This document shows positions 58,277-64,000 of a stretch of DNA of 64,000 nucleotides, piece after piece. Source of the stretch: a virus. Lineage: Duplodnaviria; Caudoviricetes. Location: positions 86,781 to 150,780 of the IMG/VR virus record IMGVR_UViG_3300028591_000004; one strand, given 5' to 3'. The notes under the pieces were generated by a model, which saw only the letters and a list, made by a program, of their open reading frames with translations, did no database searches and had not been told where the DNA came from. Made by a program: the position numbers and the translations under genes. The stretch's first letter is position 1; each line of letters begins with the position of its first letter.

Positions 58277-59629
58277 TTAATAGATTGTAACCATAAGCTC
58301 ACCGGTAGATTCATCTATGGCGAAGCTTGCGTCATCGTTTGTATCTGTATTCATTAAGACCCAGTTTGTTCCGTCATACTGGAACATGTAAGTTTGATAT
58401 CCGAGAATATAATCAGGATATGGAAGTTTGGAAAGCTGCCCACGGAGCAAACATTTTAAAGGTTTAGTTCCGGTGCTTCCGACTTCCATAGTGAGACTGT
58501 CTTCTGCGGCAGAGTTACCGTTCTGGAAATAAACAAAAACAACAACCCCAGCCGTAAGATCATCTGTTTTTAAGCGTGGACAGAGAACCTTTTTATCTTT
58601 GACGTCTATTTCGGTCATACACGTCCCGTAATAAAGTTTTTGAAAAACCAGACTGTCCATGCGTTCCTTATCTGAGGCACTCATAAATCCGCCAGATGTT
58701 GAAGTCGCATATCCAAAGCTGCTGGATGCATCTTTGAGAATCCATGCAGGCTCATTATCCGCAGATAAATATTCAAACAAATATGTTTGATTTGCCTTCA
58801 GGAAATCGGAAGAATCAAGACTGACATATTCATTTGAAAGAAGCCTTTTAATTGGCGCAGCTGATAAAGACTCTGTTCCATATGTCACAGCCAGGGTCAA
58901 CTCATTTGCAGGTGCTGTGTTTGTATTCGCAAACCGAACAAGTAGAAGTCTCGGAGGATTTTGGGCATTGTTATACAACTCTCCGCATGTAGCGACCTTA
59001 GCAGGCGCATCTGCTTCTGTTGCACATTGCGCAAAATATACTGGCGCATTCCCCAGTTTATCTATTTTGCTTTTGTCCGTAGCACTCATTAACCCATCAA
59101 CCGTACTAGTAGCCGTTCCGTAGGTTGTATCCTGAGAAGGAAGGCCTAAGCTGACAATATCTGCCGCAGTAACAGGAGTTATACTTCCAATATGTCCGTG
59201 TTCGGTTGTTGCAAATCTATACAGACCAAGAGCGGATGCTGCTGTTACCTTGTTCTCATCTGTAGCATGAACATATGCGGTTTGTCCTCGGTCGCCATAG
59301 AATGCATCACTGGACGAAGTGCCCAATTGTAAGGACGAACTAATCCCGACATATCCCGTTCCGGGCGCCCAGCGATAGGCAATACTCGTAGTTGTTGCAA
59401 CATAGATCTTACCCGGTTCTCCTGTTTCAGGGAAATCGGATATCGTCAATCCTTCGATAATGTCGTCGACATAAGAGGGGAGTTGAGCGGCCGGCACATG
59501 TCCAGACTGGTCCAATGTCGCTATGCCACTGGCTTGTCCCTTTTCGCTTTTCTTAACAAAAGTTGATTCGATTTTTTCGAGCAATTTTGTTTTGAATTTA
59601 GATAGATTTTCTAATGAAATTGCAGGCAT
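58277..59629 (-). CDS. Tail-fibre-like protein, N-half paralogous to 44882-46126
   Basis: QLPSYVDD..FPETGEPGKIY; GLMSATDK repeats; two CxT..K.V..F.N.N domains. Confidence 0.65.
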   Translation of the reverse strand: MPAISLENLSKFKTKLLEKIESTFVKKSEKGQASGIATLDQSGHVPAAQLPSYVDDIIEGLTISDFPETGEPGKIYVATTTSIAYRWAPGTGYVGISSSLQLGTSSSDAFYGDRGQTAYVHATDENKVTAASALGLYRFATTEHGHIGSITPVTAADIVSLGLPSQDTTYGTATSTVDGLMSATDKSKIDKLGNAPVYFAQCATEADAPAKVATCGELYNNAQNPPRLLLVRFANTNTAPANELTLAVTYGTESLSAAPIKRLLSNEYVSLDSSDFLKANQTYLFEYLSADNEPAWILKDASSSFGYATSTSGGFMSASDKERMDSLVFQKLYYGTCMTEIDVKDKKVLCPRLKTDDLTAGVVVFVYFQNGNSAAEDSLTMEVGSTGTKPLKCLLRGQLSKLPYPDYILGYQTYMFQYDGTNWVLMNTDTNDDASFAIDESTGELMVTIY

Positions 59630-61278
59630 TAAGCAGGCACCTCCTCGGCAAACAACGCTTCAATTTCTGCGTCTGTTGCATAAACAGGTTCTTTAGAATT
59701 AATGTATTGCAGAAGGGTCTGGCTTTCCTGTTCTTCTTTATCCATAACGATATCACTTGCGTCAATGGACACAGTCCCTTCAACAGGTTGAATACCGTTG
59801 ACATTCTTTACCGATCCGGCTGCGTCTGCATAAGACTGAAGGTCTTCTTCAAGATTGTTGATGTACTCCTGCAACGTTTTCTTTTCCTCTGTGGTTGCTC
59901 CAGCATCAAAGAAAATATTTCCTCCGTCCAGAACGATATTTCCGGAAAGATTATTAACTGAATCGACAGCGCCGCTTCCGTTCGATCCAAGATACCCGAC
60001 ATTGTAGACATAAGACGTGGCGTTATTTCCCCATAAAAAGGTGGTCTTTGTCCATATATATTTGCCGAAATCTCCTGCGCTGATATTATTTAACGATGGA
60101 GTCCAGCCTTCACCATCCGGCGGAGGTGTAACACCGCTGTTTGCACCAAGATAATACAACGTAGTGGCTGTAACGTCCTTAATGTCATCCGAATGTGTCT
60201 TAGCCATATTCGCATAATACTTGGCATTGTTTTCATATGTTTCGTCTTCTGTGTTCTCACCGGGACCAACAGCCCATTTCTGAGCTTGTTGATTAGCAAT
60301 CTGAGCATAATACTTGGCGTTGTTTGTTTCAGACGGCGTTCCATTGGACCCGCCCGTTGCCCACATTTCTGCTTCATCGACGAGGTTCTGAGAAGTAGTA
60401 ACGTCCTCTGTGATTTGCTGCGAATATTGACTCATCGGCTCAAAATACTCAACAGTTTGATCGTGCATTAACTGGGCTTGATCAGCATAATATTTTGCGT
60501 TATGGTTAACGCCCGGCGTACCAGCCATACCACCTGTTGCCCACATCTCAGACTGTGTAGCAAAATACTTTGCACTGTTCTGTGCTCCTCCGGATGTGTT
60601 ATCGTTAAGAGCTCCAGTTGCCCAAACATGAGCTTGATCTGAATAGTATTTTGCGTTATTTGCCGAATCAGGATTTCCACTGGTCCCACCATTAGCCCAT
60701 AAATGAGCTTCGTTCGCAGAATCTCCAGCCTCTTCGGCATAATGCTTTGCGTTGTTCGTAGCGCTTGGATTGCCTGTAGTATTTCCTGTAGCCCATGCGG
60801 CTGCGCGATCTTCTGCGTTCTTTGCGTTTACAGCAGATTCATTTGCCACAGTTGCGTAATGCAAAGCGTTGTTGGTAGAACTTGGCTGTCCTTCAATTCC
60901 GCCTGTTGCCCACATTGCAGCAGTGTTGCTAGCTTGAACAGCATTGTCTTTCGCTGAAATGGCACCCTGTTCAGCAAGAGCCGCATTTGTCTGCGAGGTT
61001 TGAGCGCTTTGAGCATTGTTCGAAGCACTTGCGATTTCGGACACCCATTGAGCAAGAGTACCTTCATACCCGCCCTCGACAGCCAAAGAATAGGCAGAAA
61101 CGGGGCCGAGTTCGGTCTCGACCCCGTCTACGAATTGAGTATATAACCATCCATCCTTATGACCGCCAGTGCCATCTCCAAGAATAACTTTGTCTGCACC
61201 GCGGTATAAAATTACGTTCTCCGCAAACTCAGGGAAGAACGTGTAATTGCCATTTGAATTGTTTGCCATTTTATCCAC
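59629..61278 (-). CDS. Repetitive fibre shaft protein
   Basis: 7x WAxG....NxAKxY repeats; VxxVN..G.V. Confidence 0.65.
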   Translation of the reverse strand: MDKMANNSNGNYTFFPEFAENVILYRGADKVILGDGTGGHKDGWLYTQFVDGVETELGPVSAYSLAVEGGYEGTLAQWVSEIASASNNAQSAQTSQTNAALAEQGAISAKDNAVQASNTAAMWATGGIEGQPSSTNNALHYATVANESAVNAKNAEDRAAAWATGNTTGNPSATNNAKHYAEEAGDSANEAHLWANGGTSGNPDSANNAKYYSDQAHVWATGALNDNTSGGAQNSAKYFATQSEMWATGGMAGTPGVNHNAKYYADQAQLMHDQTVEYFEPMSQYSQQITEDVTTSQNLVDEAEMWATGGSNGTPSETNNAKYYAQIANQQAQKWAVGPGENTEDETYENNAKYYANMAKTHSDDIKDVTATTLYYLGANSGVTPPPDGEGWTPSLNNISAGDFGKYIWTKTTFLWGNNATSYVYNVGYLGSNGSGAVDSVNNLSGNIVLDGGNIFFDAGATTEEKKTLQEYINNLEEDLQSYADAAGSVKNVNGIQPVEGTVSIDASDIVMDKEEQESQTLLQYINSKEPVYATDAEIEALFAEEVPA

Positions 61279-61600
61279 CCCGAGCTTTCATAATTTCTCT
61301 ATAGTATTGGATTCCGGTTTCTCCATTTAATTCACGACTGGTCATTCTGCAATTGTTTTCTTTCATAAAAACATTCAGCTGAATTGTAAAAGGCATATTA
61401 TCCTCAAACATTAAACCTTCCGCTTGTGTTAATACAAGAGAAAACTTAGAATAACCGCGATCAGGTTGAAAACCAGAATTAACTATCTTTTCCAGCACGA
61501 TACCTCCATTTTGTTTGTAAGAAACAATAACGTGATCGATTTCAGCTGGAATAAAAGGCACAACAAATGTATGTGCTATTGTTTCGCCTGGGAAGAACAT
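61271..61600 (-). CDS. Tail-module hypothetical protein
   Basis: RBS AAGGGGG; LTQxE..F motif. Confidence 0.55.
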   Translation of the reverse strand: MFFPGETIAHTFVVPFIPAEIDHVIVSYKQNGGIVLEKIVNSGFQPDRGYSKFSLVLTQAEGLMFEDNMPFTIQLNVFMKENNCRMTSRELNGETGIQYYREIMKARGG

Positions 61601-61620
61601 AGCGGTTCCCCCTTCTTTTA

Positions 61621-61980
61621 TTAAAATTCTATAAAGTCATTCAGAACTTCAATGTCAGAAATAGGCATATTAATTTGATCTCCAAAATCAATTTTAAACT
61701 TTTCCTTGCAATAATCAGCTTCCATATTTAAGAGTTCTCCAAGTTCTTGAACGAAATTCTGTTCATCCTCGTCGTTAGAAAACTGAAAAGAATCAGAACC
61801 TTCTTGTTGAGTTGGATGATATCTGTCAAAGATTTTTTGTTCTTCGTGAACTTGAAAATCCCATACAGGCTGAAGAGCTTGTTTTAATTTAAATAAGCCA
61901 AGAGAAACATTTAAAGGTAATTTCTCGTTCTGATATTTTTGAATGACTTTGTATGCGTTAACAACTTGTTGTTGTTTCAT
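61621..61980 (-). CDS. Tail-module hypothetical protein (chaperone-like)
   Basis: RBS AAGGAG; helical and acidic. Confidence 0.55.
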   Translation of the reverse strand: MKQQQVVNAYKVIQKYQNEKLPLNVSLGLFKLKQALQPVWDFQVHEEQKIFDRYHPTQQEGSDSFQFSNDEDEQNFVQELGELLNMEADYCKEKFKIDFGDQINMPISDIEVLNDFIEF

Positions 61981-62036
61981 GTTACCTTACTCCTTATAAA
62001 TCTTTGAATTAAATGCTTATATAGTATTTATCCAAA

Positions 62037-64000
62037 TCAATGATGATTTACATTTATATAATATTTAGTACTATTTACATAAAAAGATATGGATTTCGTG
62101 CTTGCGTAAACATCAACAGTTCCGACAGGACTATCGCCAGCAGATGTATTACCAGCTACAGTACTTACATTTATGGAAGCAGTTTTGGCTGTAACTTTTA
62201 CATTATCCCATGTTTGTATATAAGTCCCAGATGTTGGTGTTGGCGGTCCTTTTAAATAAATATAAACACTTTTGCCAGGTTCGATTGTTTGGTCCGCCTT
62301 TGGGTCTAAATACATTTGATTGCAACCATCGGTCCAGCCATTTTCATAAACTCCCTTAGCACTTACTTTTACAGATGTTAATGTTTTATAATCTCGTTCA
62401 TGGTAAGTCCTAACATTAATTATCTTTTCATGGTCACTCCACTTGTCTGGAACGACTGTTGAAATATGCCAGGAAAATAAAACATCATTCTGGAGTTTTT
62501 CTATAGATCCTTCTTCTCGTGTATATCCATAAACATTTATATCGTTAGTGTCTGGATCTATTTTAGATGTTTCTACTGCTGCTGTAACTCCAGCTGTGCC
62601 ATAACTTCTAACGGTTTGCTTTTTGCCACCAAACATGTAATAACAGCTTGCAGTATAAACAGCCGAGGCGTGTGCAGGATAATCGCTACTCCAGCCCCCC
62701 GGGTTAAGATGCACTGAAGTAGCTGTACTAAAACCCCACGAACTCGTTCCTCCGGAGTTATCCGTAACATATATTGTTACTTCTCCGGTAGATTTATTTT
62801 GCGAAACTCGTTTTACTGTTTGGAACTTTAATTTACTAAATAAATGATCATAACTATAATCGGAACCATCTGTAGATATCGATCCTAAATCATGTAAATC
62901 AACATCATTAATATATTGCCCATTTCCTTTGTATACTCTAAGTTTTTGAATTGTAACAATACCGTCTTTTGTTACAGAAAACGGAGCTTTTTCTGGGTCT
63001 TTATTACCTGCCCATATAGCATACATATGGGTTGGATTTGAAGCACCGCTTAATGGATATAAATCATTTGATCCATCTAACCCAACATAGGCAGATCCAC
63101 TTGCAACGGATTCCAATAATCCTTTGTGAGCAGAATTTTGTCCGACCTTCCATGAACCAATAGTTCCCTTTGAAGCGGTTATATCTTTTGTTTCCAGATG
63201 CCCTCCTTGGGTAACATAGAAGTTCGCAGATGCCGGAGTGTTATTTCCAGCCCAGAAAGCAATGTCGTCTTTGTTAATTGTTTTTGCAAGACCAGTTGAA
63301 GATCCGGTCAAAGAATTTTGATTGATGGTCCAACCGCCAATCGTTCCACTTGTTGCAGTCAGGGCTCCTTCTGGTGTAACTTGGAAAGGCGTTGTATTCG
63401 TCGTAGAGTCGAATGCTCCGAGATAAATTGATCCGTCTTTTGAAATAAGGAATCCCGCATCTGTAGATAGAGCAGATGTTTTAGTCCCTGTGTAGATTCC
63501 ATATTTTTCATCAATGTTAATGCCACCGATTGAGCCAGATCTTGCGGTAATCGTTCCGGTTAATTCAACGTCTCCATTAGCTGTAGCCTTGAAGGAGTTA
63601 ACTTTAGTATCTTTTGTTCCTCGAATATAGATGCCGTCAGTTCCAAAGTACGCACCATCCTGATTGGCCCCAATACTGGATGGACCATGATAAATATATG
63701 CATTTACACCGTTTGATCCAACAGTAAAGGGCTTACCGGAATTCCCGATTACAACGTCTCCTGTTGATGCTAGAATAAGTTTTTGTCCAGCAGAAATGTT
63801 TACAACGCTGTCGGCCGAAATATTGATCGAGCCTCCATTAATGTTCATCTCTCCGGAAACTGCGTCAATATTTAACGTATTTGTTCCAAACTTAGCTTGT
63901 GCACCATCCTTTGAAACAGTTAAATATCCTCCAAGATTGACACCATCTGTTCCAAGATAGATGCCGGGTTCTGTAGAAGACATGGAATCTGTTCCAGAAT
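62037..64000 (-). CDS. Large tail protein, C-terminal part (5' end outside the window)
   Basis: GIYLGTDG, A.SG.IGG..I and F.VT..G repeats; frame open to the edge. Confidence 0.7.
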   Translation of the reverse strand, partial: SGTDSMSSTEPGIYLGTDGVNLGGYLTVSKDGAQAKFGTNTLNIDAVSGEMNINGGSINISADSVVNISAGQKLILASTGDVVIGNSGKPFTVGSNGVNAYIYHGPSSIGANQDGAYFGTDGIYIRGTKDTKVNSFKATANGDVELTGTITARSGSIGGINIDEKYGIYTGTKTSALSTDAGFLISKDGSIYLGAFDSTTNTTPFQVTPEGALTATSGTIGGWTINQNSLTGSSTGLAKTINKDDIAFWAGNNTPASANFYVTQGGHLETKDITASKGTIGSWKVGQNSAHKGLLESVASGSAYVGLDGSNDLYPLSGASNPTHMYAIWAGNKDPEKAPFSVTKDGIVTIQKLRVYKGNGQYINDVDLHDLGSISTDGSDYSYDHLFSKLKFQTVKRVSQNKSTGEVTIYVTDNSGGTSSWGFSTATSVHLNPGGWSSDYPAHASAVYTASCYYMFGGKKQTVRSYGTAGVTAAVETSKIDPDTNDINVYGYTREEGSIEKLQNDVLFSWHISTVVPDKWSDHEKIINVRTYHERDYKTLTSVKVSAKGVYENGWTDGCNQMYLDPKADQTIEPGKSVYIYLKGPPTPTSGTYIQTWDNVKVTAKTASINVSTVAGNTSAGDSPVGTVDVYASTKSISFYVNSTKYYINVNHH

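Noticed and set aside
29494-64000. Short + strand ORFs in the structural arm, and - strand ORFs in 1-29.4 kb
   Set aside because: They are shadow frames of longer genes with RBSs on the opposite strand.
1-64000. Stop-codon recoding
   Set aside because: Long intact ORFs and dense packing under the standard code; no suppressor tRNA seen.

Overview
The window is a 64-kb piece of a large temperate tailed phage, probably infecting gut or rumen Clostridia (inferred from the tRNA-Ser fragment style, SH3b lysins, LL-H-type holin and sigma-A promoters). It is in the free, unintegrated state because attP is intact. The + strand arm (1-29.4 kb) carries an RNA ligase, an HNH-AP2 nuclease, RNase HI, xis/int/attP and HU. 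These are followed by dozens of small accessory ORFs, including Lar-like, DUF2829/Tad2-like, ASCH and Zn-ribbon proteins. The - strand arm (29.5-64 kb) encodes tail and fibre proteins, two GT2 glycosyltransferases, a BspA-type LRR protein, a holin and two cell-wall hydrolases. The arms converge on a bidirectional terminator at about 29.45 kb. The most unusual signal is a dispersed family of 5 (plus 2 related) tRNA-shaped RNA genes. They keep covarying acceptor, D and T arms, have no anticodon arm, and each carries a different structured cargo in the variable-arm or D-loop position. The accessory arm is also punctuated by two short gene-boundary motifs (TTAAATAACACTTTAA and GGCGGTGAAGTGGGAATGA) that give it a cassette-array appearance. 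attP carries the 5' half of tRNA-Ser(CGA) with a phage promoter pointing into it. All protein calls come from motif recognition by eye; no database search was run.
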